Shown here: positions 1 to 9,899 of the stretch, piece by piece | Numbering within the stretch: the stretch's first letter is position 1 | Layout of the letters: each line of letters starts with the position of its first letter | DNA from: Saprospirales bacterium | GTDB taxonomy: Bacteria; Bacteroidota; Bacteroidia; Chitinophagales; JADIYW01 | NCBI GenBank assembly: GCA_016711605.1 | Contig: JADJSS010000004.1 | Span: 2,320 to 66,319 of the forward strand | DNA: 64,000 bases | Direction of reading: 5' to 3' | Translations under genes and position numbers: made by a program | Notes under the pieces: model-generated | What the model saw: only the letters and a program-made list of their open reading frames with translations | The model's database searches: none | What the model was told of the DNA's origin: nothing

Positions 1-265
1 TAGCAGCATTATAATGTACTACATCTACGAAATCAAATTTTTCCCAAATTTGATCAAATGCATCTTTCATCATGTCAGTGTCGCCAGCATCAGCCGTAAA
101 ATAATATGCATCTATTCCTTGCTCAATTAATTCGGCAGTTATTTTTTCTAATTTTTCTTTTCTTCTGGAAATTAAACAAACTGAGAACTGCTCGTTGCCA
201 AATTTTTCTGCAACACTTTTGCTGATACCGTTTCCAGCACCAATAATTACTATAACTTTACTCAT
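1..265 (-). CDS. Short-chain dehydrogenase/reductase, N-terminal part only (the gene runs off the window start)
   Basis: The reverse-strand ATG at 265-263 reads MSKVIVIIGAGNGISKSVAEKFG..., which is a glycine-rich Rossmann dinucleotide-binding motif typical of SDRs. The gene is truncated by the window edge. Confidence 0.65.
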   Translation of the reverse strand, partial: MSKVIVIIGAGNGISKSVAEKFGNEQFSVCLISRRKEKLEKITAELIEQGIDAYYFTADAGDTDMMKDAFDQIWEKFDFVDVVHYNAA

Positions 266-269
266 ACAT

Positions 270-1009
270 CTATTTTTTCTTCGCCAATAAAATATACCTT
301 CCTGATTTTTTTGGATTAAATTTATTTAAATCATAATCACCATACTCTTTAACCAAAGTAAAGCCAGTATTGTTTAAAAATTGATGAAAATGATGTTGCA
401 TTAATGCCTGTACTTCTTCTTTAAACATCCACACTTTTTCTTCTTTTTCAATATTAATATACTTGATGATTTTTCCGTTTTCAACTGCTTTACGAATGTA
501 AAATTTATAACCATCAATTTCTTTCGTTTCTCTTTCAGTCAGGTTATTAATTACTTTTTCTGCATTCATAAAATCAATCAAAATATAACCACCATCTTTT
601 AATCCAGCATGCATGGCTTCAAATACTTTTCGTTTTCTTTTAAATCATTAAAATATCCGATGCTAGTAAAAATGTTAAAAATATAGTCGAAATAATTGAT
701 GCGAAATGGCAAACGCATGTCGTGTACATAGAATTCTAAATTGTCTAATTTATACATTGTGTTCGCGTATTGTATACTTTCTGGCGATAAATCTACACCG
801 ATGGTGTCGAATCCTTTTTGTGCTAAATAGTAAGCATGTCTGCCTTTTCCACAAGCTAAATCTAATATTTTACCATAATCTATTTCCAGTTTTTTTATCA
901 CATTATCGATAAAATGATTGGCCTCGTCTTGGTTGCGATGTTTGTATAAAATATGATAAAGTGGTGAATCAAACCATAATTCAAACCATTGTTTTTTTTC
1001 TTCTTGCAT
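270..1009 (-). pseudogene. Class I SAM-dependent methyltransferase interrupted by a single frameshift
   Basis: ORFs 599..1009 (ILDLACGKGRHAYYLA motif I) and 270..614 (AGLKDGGYILIDF) are the two halves of one methyltransferase. Reading ...FNDLKENKRKVFEAMHAGLKDGG needs a 1-nt correction in the A-rich stretch near 620-640. Confidence 0.75.
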
Positions 1010-1024
1010 ATTAATTTAATACTA

Positions 1025-1059
1025 TTTGTAATTTGTAATTTACGATTTCCAATTTATAT
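1025..1059. repeat. Degenerate heptamer tandem array (TTTnnAA, 5 units)
   Basis: The units are tttgtaa tttgtaa tttacga tttccaa tttatat, with exact period 7. The array lies just upstream of the methyltransferase start. Confidence 0.7.
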
Positions 1060-1093
1060 TTTTTCGATAAAACAAAGAATTTAACGAAAGGAA

Positions 1094-2443
1094 TTATGCA
1101 CTTGCATCTAAAATTTTTATGTATTTTTTCCAAGTACCAGTGCTCCAGTAAATTGTTGTGAAAGTGAGTAACGATAGCCAATAAACTACTTCACAACCCC
1201 AACAAATATAAAGTTCACTTTGTTTTAGTTGTACAAAATAATAACAATAGAGTACATAAAACAAACAACAAAAAACTTCGACAATAGTTGGAATAAAAGT
1301 GGCACCTGTTCCTGTAATTCCAAAATTCATAATCATACCAGAAGAGAAAAATAGTAATGCAATCATTAACGTATAAAATGGTGCTATCGTATCTTTTATT
1401 ATTTGCGTGTCATTTGTAAAAAGTGAAAGTATTTGATGTGGAAATAAAACGATAATTAAATTGATACTTAATGAAATGCCAACAGAAACAACTAATACTT
1501 TTTTCAATGCAGGAACAACATCATTAATTCTTCCTTGACCAATAATATTACTAATAACAGTATTACTTGTACTTGCCAAGCTCCAAACAGGAATGCCAAT
1601 AAAGACAAATAAACTCTTTAAAATACCAGAAACAGCTAGTTCGTGTTCACCAATTTTTTCTACAGAAAGAAAGAAATACCACCATGAGCCGATTCCGATT
1701 AAATTTTGTAATACGATAGGTGATGATAATTTTATAATTGACCAAATTTGTTTCAAAGAAATAAATTGAAATGTAAATGCATTGTATTTTTTGGGTTGTT
1801 TGAAATAAAAAAAATGTATAACATAAACTAAAAATAAAACAGTGTCTGCAATTGCTGTTGCAATGCCTGCGCCTTTAATACCTAAAGCTGGGAAACCGAA
1901 ATTTCCAAATATAAAAATGTATCCGCAAATTATATTGGTGATTGCCATGCAAACAGTTGCAATGGTTATGATTTTTGTTTTACCTATTCCTGTGTAAAAT
2001 CCATTGAAGCAAAATCCAAGTACCACTGGTATCACAGCGTAATTCATCATATAAATATAATTCATGGCAGCTTCTTGTATGGCTACAGATTTTACTACAA
2101 ATGCTAAAACATATTTGGTAGCAAATCCAAAAAATAACATTAAGAAAATAGATAAAATAAATGCCAACAATATCAAGTGATCGAATGCAATTCCAATTTT
2201 TTCTGGTTTGTTTTCACCACTATGTCTAGCAATAATTACCTGACAACCACGCGCCAATCCACCTGCGATAAATACAAAAACAAAGTAATAAATACCAGCC
2301 AATGTTATTGCTTCTAGAGCCACTTTTGATGAATGACCTAAAAAGGCAGTATCAATTAATTGATTAATAGAATGCGCTAAACTTCCTAAAATAATAGGAT
2401 AGGAGATTTGCCAGATTTCTTTGTATGTGCCTTTGAGTTGCAT
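1094..2443 (-). CDS. MATE family efflux transporter
   Basis: This is a 449-aa polytopic membrane protein. Its N-terminus (YKEIWQISYPIILGSLAHSINQLIDTAFLGH) is typical of NorM/DinF-like MATE pumps. Confidence 0.85.
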   Translation of the reverse strand: MQLKGTYKEIWQISYPIILGSLAHSINQLIDTAFLGHSSKVALEAITLAGIYYFVFVFIAGGLARGCQVIIARHSGENKPEKIGIAFDHLILLAFILSIFLMLFFGFATKYVLAFVVKSVAIQEAAMNYIYMMNYAVIPVVLGFCFNGFYTGIGKTKIITIATVCMAITNIICGYIFIFGNFGFPALGIKGAGIATAIADTVLFLVYVIHFFYFKQPKKYNAFTFQFISLKQIWSIIKLSSPIVLQNLIGIGSWWYFFLSVEKIGEHELAVSGILKSLFVFIGIPVWSLASTSNTVISNIIGQGRINDVVPALKKVLVVSVGISLSINLIIVLFPHQILSLFTNDTQIIKDTIAPFYTLMIALLFFSSGMIMNFGITGTGATFIPTIVEVFCCLFYVLYCYYFVQLKQSELYICWGCEVVYWLSLLTFTTIYWSTGTWKKYIKILDASA

Positions 2444-2450
2444 GTGTTAT

Positions 2451-2525
2451 AGTGATAAGTTGTAAGTAGTAAGTTAGGAATGTTTTTTTTACTTATTACT
2501 TATACCTTATTACTTACTACTTTTT
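2451..2525. repeat. Two inverted heptamer arrays separated by a T8 run (imperfect long hairpin, possible terminator)
   Basis: The left array is agtgata agttgta agtagta agttagg. After the T8 run comes acttatt acttata ccttatt acttact acttttt. The right array is approximately the reverse complement of the left array. Confidence 0.7.
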
Positions 2526-3312
2526 ACGTTAATGATTCGCTCCATCCTTGCCATTGGTCGCCCCAAAGTCGATTACCTGCGTCTACATATAATGTTTCGC
2601 CGCTAATGTAGGATGCCATTGGTGATGATAAAAATAAAACAGGATATGCTACTTCATCTGTTGTACCCATTCTATTATTTGGAATACTTTTTTCTATTCC
2701 TTTTAAAATTGCTGGTGGATAAGTATCCATTCCTGATGAACGGATAATTCCTGGTGCAATAGCATTTACACGAATGTTATAACGAACCCATTCAATCGCT
2801 AGTGTTTTTGTCATATTATCTACGCCAGCGCGTGCTGCACCTGTATGCACCATGCCTGGAAATCCACGAAAAATATTAGCAATGATGTTAACGATATTTC
2901 CTTCTTTTTGAGGAATGAAAAATGTTTTCGCCATTATTTGCGTCACGTAAAAAGTACCGATTAAATTATTAGTTACAACTGCTCGAAATCCATTGAACGA
3001 AATATTTTCTGCAGCAGATGGAAATTGTCCACCAGCATTATTAACTAATATATCTAATCTGCCAGCTTCAGCTTTTATTTGGTCTGCTAATGTTTGAATT
3101 TGTTCTGGTTCGCGAATATCTGCAATCGCACTTCGCACATCACCAAACTCTTTTAATTCTGTTATTGCTTTTTCAATTTTTTGAGCATTACGTGATGCAA
3201 TATAAACGATTGCGCCTAATGCCAAATATTGTTTTGCAATTGTGTAGCCAATGCCACTTCCACCACCAGTTACTAATACGATTTTATCTTTAAATAAATT
3301 TTCCTGAAACAT
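2524..3312 (-). CDS. SDR family oxidoreductase (enoyl/dienoyl-CoA reductase-like)
   Basis: The protein carries a TGGGSGIG cofactor motif, an NNAG motif and a classical SDR length of 262 aa. Confidence 0.85.
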   Translation of the reverse strand: MFQENLFKDKIVLVTGGGSGIGYTIAKQYLALGAIVYIASRNAQKIEKAITELKEFGDVRSAIADIREPEQIQTLADQIKAEAGRLDILVNNAGGQFPSAAENISFNGFRAVVTNNLIGTFYVTQIMAKTFFIPQKEGNIVNIIANIFRGFPGMVHTGAARAGVDNMTKTLAIEWVRYNIRVNAIAPGIIRSSGMDTYPPAILKGIEKSIPNNRMGTTDEVAYPVLFLSSPMASYISGETLYVDAGNRLWGDQWQGWSESLT

Positions 3313-3324
3313 GATAATTGATTT

Positions 3325-3380
3325 TACGATTTACGATGTACAAATTACGATTTAGAAATTGAAGTTTAAAATTTAGTTTT
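3325..3380. repeat. Degenerate heptamer tandem array (TAnnnnT, 8 units)
   Basis: The units are tacgatt tacgatg tacaaat tacgatt tagaaat tgaagtt taaaatt tagtttt, with exact period 7. The array lies in the spacer between two minus-strand genes. Confidence 0.7.
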
Positions 3381-3395
3381 AAAATTCAAATTTTA

Positions 3396-4328
3396 TCACA
3401 CCATCACTTTTGCTTTATTTCCAAAAAAACTAATCACTAATACGCCAATTAACACAAAAAAAGTACCTAGTAATTGTAGTAGCGAAATATGTTCTTTTAA
3501 AATAAAATACGACATGAAAATAGTTGCAATTGGACCAATGCTTGCCACTATTGACATATTAGAGGAACCAATTAAACGTATTCCATTTGTCATTAAAAAT
3601 GAAGGTAGTACAGTAGAAATAATAGCTATACAAATGCCTAACCAATACACTTGTTTTGGAAAATTAAAAATTGAAAATCCATGTAAAACAGCGAAATGAA
3701 TTAAGACAGCCATGCACGAAATAATCATAGAAATGCAAGTAAAACGAACAGTTCCGATTTTTTTTATAACAGTGTCGCTATTTACTAAATAAAATGCATA
3801 GGTTAATGAACTCAATAAAATAAATACACAACCTTTGCCTAAGTTAGCTGTGTTGTAAATTGATTTGTCTGAGTAAAATGCTAAAATAATTCCAATGTAA
3901 CAAATCAATATTGCCAGAAATTGAATGGGTAAAATCTTTCGGTTAAAAAATAATTTTCCCATTAAAAGAACAAAAGTAGGATAGGTGAAAATTACGATCC
4001 GCTCTAAGTTTGCGCTTACATATTGCAAGCCGATAAAATCAAAAAGTGCAGCCAAATAGTAACCAATGATTCCAAGAATTAAAATTGTCGTCCAGGTTTT
4101 TTGTGGTATGCGTATTGATTTTTTATTGTTTTCAAAAAATAAAATAACGATATAAAAAGGTAAAGAAAACAGCATACGTATCATTAAAATCGTGATTCCA
4201 TCTACACCATATTTAAATGCTAGTTTTGCAAATATTGCTTTTGTAGAAAAACATACAGCACCTAAAAAAACAAGTGTTATTCCTTTAATGTATGTTGATT
4301 GGTTCTTCAGAAATTTATTTTTTTGCAA
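3396..4328 (-). CDS. EamA/DMT family transporter
   Basis: This is a 310-aa protein with about 10 predicted TM helices and a duplicated EamA-like architecture. It ends at TGA followed immediately by TAA. Confidence 0.8.
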   Translation of the reverse strand: MQKNKFLKNQSTYIKGITLVFLGAVCFSTKAIFAKLAFKYGVDGITILMIRMLFSLPFYIVILFFENNKKSIRIPQKTWTTILILGIIGYYLAALFDFIGLQYVSANLERIVIFTYPTFVLLMGKLFFNRKILPIQFLAILICYIGIILAFYSDKSIYNTANLGKGCVFILLSSLTYAFYLVNSDTVIKKIGTVRFTCISMIISCMAVLIHFAVLHGFSIFNFPKQVYWLGICIAIISTVLPSFLMTNGIRLIGSSNMSIVASIGPIATIFMSYFILKEHISLLQLLGTFFVLIGVLVISFFGNKAKVMV

Positions 4329-4383
4329 GGTAAAAATGTTATTTATTTTATGCTGTTTACTGCGTTTAATAAATTGTCAAATT

Positions 4384-4412
4384 AAAAAAAAAGCAACCAT
4401 TGCTGGTTGCTT
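4384..4412 (-). terminator. Rho-independent terminator after the 4452..5405 gene
   Basis: A 9-bp perfect stem aagcaacca/tggttgctt with a 4-nt loop is followed on the minus strand by a run of nine T. Confidence 0.7.
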
Positions 4413-4451
4413 TTAATAAGGTTTATAAAGTTTCCACTTTATATTGATTTA

Positions 4452-5405
4452 TTATTTCATCACAAAAGTAGATTGTCCTATCAAAAATCCTTTTTGATAT
4501 ACTTCTACTGAATATTTTCCAGATGCAAATTTAAATGTTTGAGCCCAATAAGAACAAACTGTTTTTGTTTCGTTTTGGTAATCTGGTTTGATGGTGTAAG
4601 TATAAGGAATATCATTTCCAGTCGTTGCTTCTTTCAATGTTCCACTACCTAAGTTTTGTAATTGAATAGTAGTTCCATCGGGATTTAAGATACGAACAGC
4701 AACTTCTGTTTCCCCAGCTTGAGCAATTTTATTTTGTAATAAATCAAAACAAATTCGCAATTTTTCTGCGTCTTTCGCTTTGTTAACTTCATCTTCTTTT
4801 CCTTTTCTTGTCATTCTAATTGGTGAACATTGAATGTTAGCAGTACCTAAAATGGATGCTTTATCAATACGATCTTTCATTTTCTGATTTTCTTCATCAA
4901 CTTGTTGTTTTTTCTGTATAGTTGTTGACAATTCTCCTGTAATACTATCGCGTTCTTGGTATAATATTTTATTAACCGTAATTAATGAATCAATAGAAGT
5001 TTGTAATCTTAATTTATCATCTTCAAGCTGTTTAATTAAAACCTGTGCATCTGCATATAATTTGGCCTTTTCGCTGCTGCCAGCTTTTGCCGCAGAAACT
5101 TGACCTAACAATGCATCAATTTTTGCTTTTTTAGCAGTTAGTTCTTGTTCTTTAATATTTAACATGCTATCTAAACCTGCATTTTGTCCACGGTAACTTT
5201 CAATTTCTTGTAACGACTCATTATATCTTAAATCTAAATCTGATTTCAGTTTTTCTACTTCAGTAACTTTTTGCTCTGTTACTACAATTGTTTCTTTTGA
5301 TTTTTTTAATTTTAGATTTGTAAAAACTAAGCCGCCAATTAATAATAGGATTAGTGCAATATAAATTGCATGCAACTTACCATTGGAATTTGTATTTTCG
5401 CTCAT
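4452..5405 (-). CDS. Membrane-anchored coiled-coil protein of unknown function
   Basis: I chose the internal start MSENTNSNGKLHAIYIALILLLIGGLVF (one TM helix). The protein continues with a long heptad-rich Lys/Glu/Gln region and a beta-rich C-terminal domain. The ORF-track extension to 5504 looks like non-coding read-through. Confidence 0.5.
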   Translation of the reverse strand: MSENTNSNGKLHAIYIALILLLIGGLVFTNLKLKKSKETIVVTEQKVTEVEKLKSDLDLRYNESLQEIESYRGQNAGLDSMLNIKEQELTAKKAKIDALLGQVSAAKAGSSEKAKLYADAQVLIKQLEDDKLRLQTSIDSLITVNKILYQERDSITGELSTTIQKKQQVDEENQKMKDRIDKASILGTANIQCSPIRMTRKGKEDEVNKAKDAEKLRICFDLLQNKIAQAGETEVAVRILNPDGTTIQLQNLGSGTLKEATTGNDIPYTYTIKPDYQNETKTVCSYWAQTFKFASGKYSVEVYQKGFLIGQSTFVMK

Positions 5406-5513
5406 AATAATTAATTTAATGTTGTTTACGTGGCGTAAAAATAAGCATAAACTTTTAAATTGATGCCGTATATTGTAATAATTAATTAAAAATAACTTTA
5501 ACAATTTGATGCT

Positions 5514-6242
5514 ATGTTAGACAATATCAAGCCGTTCGATATTCTTTTTTTAGATATAGAAACTGTTCCTAAAGTGGCAGATTTTAATAAATTAGATGTA
5601 TATGAACAGGAATTATGGCTCGAAAAAAAAGGAAAAAACAAGACTGACGAAGATAATAATGAAGATTATTACTTCAATAATGCTGCAATTTTTGCGGAAT
5701 TTGGTAAAATAATCTGCATTTCTGCTGGTTGGTTATCTCAAGATGGCATGTTTCAGCAATTTGAATTAAAATCATTTTACGGTGATGATGAACAAAAGTT
5801 ACTAAAAGATTTTTCTTTTTTCTTACGTCAACAATTAGCAATAAACAAAAAATTGGTCTTATGTGGTCATAATATTCGCGAGTTTGACGTGCCATATATC
5901 TGTAGAAGATTATTAATGAATAATCAAAAGCTACCAGATTATTTTGAAGCTATCCAAACTAAAAAACCTTGGGAAGCTGGTTTGTTAGATTCGATGGATT
6001 TTTGGAAATTTGGCGATTACAAGAATTTTATTTCATTAAAATTGTTAGCATTTTGCCTTGGAATACCTTCACCAAAAGACGATATTTCAGGAAAAGATGT
6101 AGGAAAAGTATATTGGAACGAACAAGGTTTAGAGCGCATCAAAACCTATTGCCAAAAAGATGTGTTAACTGTTGCACAAATTGTTTTAAAATTGAAAGGA
6201 TTATCCTTAATTTCGGAAAGTGAAGTGAAAATAAATAATTAG
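5514..6242 (+). CDS. RNase H-like 3'-5' exonuclease (PolB-exonuclease-related, stand-alone)
   Basis: It has an Exo I-like FLDIETV, an Exo II-like GHNIREFDVPYI and an Exo III-like YCQKDVLTVAQI. Confidence 0.6.
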   Translation: MLDNIKPFDILFLDIETVPKVADFNKLDVYEQELWLEKKGKNKTDEDNNEDYYFNNAAIFAEFGKIICISAGWLSQDGMFQQFELKSFYGDDEQKLLKDFSFFLRQQLAINKKLVLCGHNIREFDVPYICRRLLMNNQKLPDYFEAIQTKKPWEAGLLDSMDFWKFGDYKNFISLKLLAFCLGIPSPKDDISGKDVGKVYWNEQGLERIKTYCQKDVLTVAQIVLKLKGLSLISESEVKINN

Positions 6243-6337
6243 TAGTTAGTTTGCAGTGGTGCAGTATGCAGTTTAATAATGCATGCTGACTAAATACTGC
6301 CTATTGCCTACTAAATACTAAATACTAAATACTTAAA
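6241..6337. repeat. Two heptamer arrays in inverted orientation around an atgcat centre
   Basis: The left array is agtagtt agtttgc agtggtg (c) agtatgc agtttaa. The right array is actaaat actgcct attgcct actaaat actaaat actaaat acttaaa. The element ends 3 nt before the ABC ATPase ATG. Confidence 0.75.
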
Positions 6338-6339
6338 AA

Positions 6340-8121
6340 ATGAACGAAATACTATTAGACGTAAAAAACTTAGTAACGGAATTTAAAACAGAAAATGGCA
6401 CGCTGCGTGCAGTTGATGACGTTTCGTTTTCAGTAAATAAAGGTGAAGTAATTGGTATCGTTGGTGAATCTGGTTCTGGTAAATCAGTAACATCGTTATC
6501 TATTATGCGTTTAATTCCAAATCCACCAGGAAAAATTATTGGTGGTGAAATCAATTATTATCGCGATGGAAAAACACCAATTAATTTAGTCAATATTCCA
6601 GATGAGCAAATGCGTGAATTTCGTGGCAACGAAATCTCTATGATTTTTCAAGAACCGATGACATCCTTGAATCCTGTATTTACTTGCGGAAATCAAGTAA
6701 TGGAAGCCATTATGCTCCATCAAAAAGTGTCTAAAAAAGAAGCAGAAGCTAAGACCTTAGATTTATTTGCACAAGTAAAATTGCCAGATCCGAAACGTGC
6801 GTTAGATGCCTATCCGCATCAACTTTCTGGTGGACAAAAACAACGTGTGATGATTGCCATGGCAATGAGTTGTCAACCGCAATTATTGATTGCTGATGAA
6901 CCTACAACAGCACTCGATGTAACCGTACAAAAAACTATTTTAGAACTAATTAATGAACTGAGCCGCAAAACAGGCATGTCTACTATTTTTATTACACATG
7001 ATTTAGGTGTAATTGCAGAAATTGCTGACAAGGTTGTCGTAATGTATAAAGGTAAAATTGTAGAACAAGGTGCTGTAGTTGATATTTTTGAAAATCCAAA
7101 ACATCCATACACCAAAGGATTGCTGGCTTGCCGACCACCATTGGGCAAACGCTTGAGTAAATTGCCTGTAATTGCTGACTTTATGGAAGAAAAAGACGGC
7201 AACATTATTGAAAAAACTGCCGATATGAATGCGCTGGTAGAAGCGTTTGTTGTAAGCGAAAATCAAACTAAAAAACGATACGAAGAGTTGCAATCGCACC
7301 AACCAATTTTGCAAGTGAAAAATTTACATACCTGGTTTCCAAACAAAACGAATATTTTTGGAAAAGCTATTGATTATGTGAAAGCAGTTGATGATGTTTC
7401 GTTCGATGTATATGAAGGTGAAACACTAGGTTTGGTTGGTGAAAGTGGTTGCGGAAAAACTACACTTGGTAGAACCATTTTGCGCTTGGTAGAACCACAT
7501 AGCGGTAAAGCCATTTTTGATGGAAAAGATATTTTTAATTTAGGTCAAAATGAGTTGAAAGAATTGCGTGAGCACATGCAAATTATTTTTCAAGATCCAT
7601 ATTCTTCCTTAAATCCGCGTATGACGATTGGCAACGCAATTATGGAGCCCATGCAAGTGCATAAAAAATACAGCAACGATTCGGAGCGTAAAGATAAAGT
7701 GATTGAGTTGTTGGAAAAAGTAAACATGAAAGCCGAACATTTTATGCGCTATCCGCATGAGTTTTCTGGTGGTCAACGTCAGCGTATTTGCATTGCACGT
7801 GCATTATCGTTGAAACCAAAATTCATTATTTGCGATGAATCGGTTTCTGCATTAGATGTTTCCGTGCAAGCTCAAGTACTGAATTTACTGATACAATTAC
7901 GCGAAGAATTTAAGTTTACCTACATCTTTATTTCACATGATTTATCTGTAGTGAAATTTATGAGCGACCGTATGGTAGTAATGAATAAAGGCAAGATAGA
8001 AGAAATGGGCATTGCTGATGAAATCTACAATAACCCACAAAACGAATACACTAAGAAACTAATTGCTGCCATACCAAAAGGCAACATCGAAGATATTAAA
8101 GCACGGTTTGCGCATTTGTAA
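6340..8121 (+). CDS. ABC transporter ATP-binding protein with two fused nucleotide-binding domains (oligopeptide/YejF-like)
   Basis: It has two Walker A motifs (GESGSGKS, GESGCGKTT), two signature motifs (LSGGQKQR, FSGGQRQR) and two Walker B motifs. No permease gene lies next to it. Confidence 0.9.
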   Translation: MNEILLDVKNLVTEFKTENGTLRAVDDVSFSVNKGEVIGIVGESGSGKSVTSLSIMRLIPNPPGKIIGGEINYYRDGKTPINLVNIPDEQMREFRGNEISMIFQEPMTSLNPVFTCGNQVMEAIMLHQKVSKKEAEAKTLDLFAQVKLPDPKRALDAYPHQLSGGQKQRVMIAMAMSCQPQLLIADEPTTALDVTVQKTILELINELSRKTGMSTIFITHDLGVIAEIADKVVVMYKGKIVEQGAVVDIFENPKHPYTKGLLACRPPLGKRLSKLPVIADFMEEKDGNIIEKTADMNALVEAFVVSENQTKKRYEELQSHQPILQVKNLHTWFPNKTNIFGKAIDYVKAVDDVSFDVYEGETLGLVGESGCGKTTLGRTILRLVEPHSGKAIFDGKDIFNLGQNELKELREHMQIIFQDPYSSLNPRMTIGNAIMEPMQVHKKYSNDSERKDKVIELLEKVNMKAEHFMRYPHEFSGGQRQRICIARALSLKPKFIICDESVSALDVSVQAQVLNLLIQLREEFKFTYIFISHDLSVVKFMSDRMVVMNKGKIEEMGIADEIYNNPQNEYTKKLIAAIPKGNIEDIKARFAHL

Positions 8122-8197
8122 GAAGAATAAATTACCTAAAAATCAATTATCAAAAGCGTTTTTTGGCTATTAGCGTTTATCTTCTTACTTTTACATC

Positions 8198-9823
8198 ATG
8201 ACAGATATCGATTTTAATCTAAATGAAGACTACATGCGATTGGCTGTAGATGAACTGAAAGCCAAACTCGAAAAAATATATCTTGGTGGTGGCCAAAAGA
8301 AGATTGATTCCGAACACAAAAAAGGGAAACTCACTGCACGAGAGCGCATCGAATATCTTACCGATAAAAACTCTACTTTCTTAGAAATTGCTGCTTTAGT
8401 TGGCGATGAAATGTATCAGGAAATTGGTGGTTGTCCTTCTGGTGGTGTGGTGGCTGGTATTGGTTATGTTTCTGGTAGACAATGCATGATTGTTGCCAAC
8501 GATGCTACGGTGAAAGCAGGTGCGTGGTTTCCAATAGCTGGAAAAAAGAATTTACGAGCGCAAGAAATTGCGATGGAAAACCGTTTGCCTGTTATTTATT
8601 TGGTAGATAGTGCAGGTGTTTATTTGCCCTTGCAAGACGAAATTTTTCCTGATAAAGAAAACTTTGGTCGCGTTTTTAGAAACAATGCAAAGATGTCATC
8701 GATGGGAATTCCGCAAATTTCTGCAATCATGGGTAGCTGTGTGGCTGGTGGTGCATATTTGCCAATTATGAGTGATGAAAGTATAATTGTCGAAGGAACA
8801 GGCAGCATCTTTTTGGCTGGTCCTTATTTAGTGAAATCTGCGATTGGCGAAACGGTTGACAAAGAAACATTAGGTGGCGCAGAAACACAAACTGCACTTA
8901 GTGGCGTTTGCGATTACAAAGTAAAAGACGACAAAGAAGCATTAGATACAATTAAAAAATTAATTGATAAATACGGGAAATTTGAAACGGCTGGTTTCGA
9001 TCGAATCAAACCTAAAAAACCAAAAGCAGTAGAAAAAGAATTGTACGGAATTTTCTCTACCACCAAACCGTATGATGTTCGCGAAGTAATAAAAAGAATA
9101 GTAGATGATTCTGAGTTTACAGAATATAAAGAAGATTACGGTCAAACTATTGTTACTTGTTATGCACGCATAGATGGTTGGAGTGTTGGCATTGTTGCTA
9201 ACCAACGTTCTGTTGTAAAAAGCAAAAAAGGTGAAGTACAAATTGGTGGTGTTATCTATTCTGATTCAGCTGACAAAGCTGCGCGTTTTATTATGTTATG
9301 TAATCAGAAAAAAATTCCGTTGTTGTTTATGCAAGATGTTACTGGTTTTATGGTTGGTTCACGAAGCGAACAAGGTGGCATTATCAAAGACGGTGCAAAA
9401 TTGGTAAACGCAGTTTCCAATTCAACCGTTCCGAAATTTACGGTTATCACAGGAAACTCTTACGGCGCAGGCAACTACGCGATGTGTGGCAAAGCGTACG
9501 ATCCACGCTTAATTGTAGCTTGGCCTTCTGCAAAAATTGCAGTAATGGGTGGCGCTCAAGCTGCCAACACTATTTTGCAAATGCAAGTTGGAACATTGGA
9601 AGCCAAAGGTGCGGAAACAATGAATCCAGAAGAAAAAGCAAAAATCTTAAAAGATATAAAAGATCATTACGACAAAACGACTACGCCATATTATGCAGCA
9701 GCTCGTTTATGGGTTGATGCTGTGATTGATCCGTTGGAAACACGTAAATGGATTTCTATTGGAATTGAAGCTGCCAACAATGCACCTGTAGAGAAGTTTA
9801 ACGTTGGTGTGATGCAAACGTAA
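8198..9823 (+). CDS. Acyl-CoA carboxylase carboxyltransferase (beta) subunit, methylcrotonyl/propionyl-CoA carboxylase-like
   Basis: This is a 541-aa protein with duplicated crotonase-like carboxyltransferase halves and typical motifs (GGGQKKID, MGSCVAGGAYLP, GNSYGAGNYAMCG). Confidence 0.85.
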   Translation: MTDIDFNLNEDYMRLAVDELKAKLEKIYLGGGQKKIDSEHKKGKLTARERIEYLTDKNSTFLEIAALVGDEMYQEIGGCPSGGVVAGIGYVSGRQCMIVANDATVKAGAWFPIAGKKNLRAQEIAMENRLPVIYLVDSAGVYLPLQDEIFPDKENFGRVFRNNAKMSSMGIPQISAIMGSCVAGGAYLPIMSDESIIVEGTGSIFLAGPYLVKSAIGETVDKETLGGAETQTALSGVCDYKVKDDKEALDTIKKLIDKYGKFETAGFDRIKPKKPKAVEKELYGIFSTTKPYDVREVIKRIVDDSEFTEYKEDYGQTIVTCYARIDGWSVGIVANQRSVVKSKKGEVQIGGVIYSDSADKAARFIMLCNQKKIPLLFMQDVTGFMVGSRSEQGGIIKDGAKLVNAVSNSTVPKFTVITGNSYGAGNYAMCGKAYDPRLIVAWPSAKIAVMGGAQAANTILQMQVGTLEAKGAETMNPEEKAKILKDIKDHYDKTTTPYYAAARLWVDAVIDPLETRKWISIGIEAANNAPVEKFNVGVMQT

Positions 9824-9899
9824 TTAAAAACTATTTAAATAAAATAACATTTTTCTAAAACGAAAAAGACTAATTTCACGAACTACAAATTCAAAAAAA

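Noticed and set aside
5406-5504. The N-terminal extension MLKLFLINYYNIRHQFKSLCLFLRHVNNIKLII of ORF 4452..5504
   Set aside because: It is AT-rich read-through of the promoter region. The internal Met at 5405 is followed by a typical short cytoplasmic tail and a TM helix.
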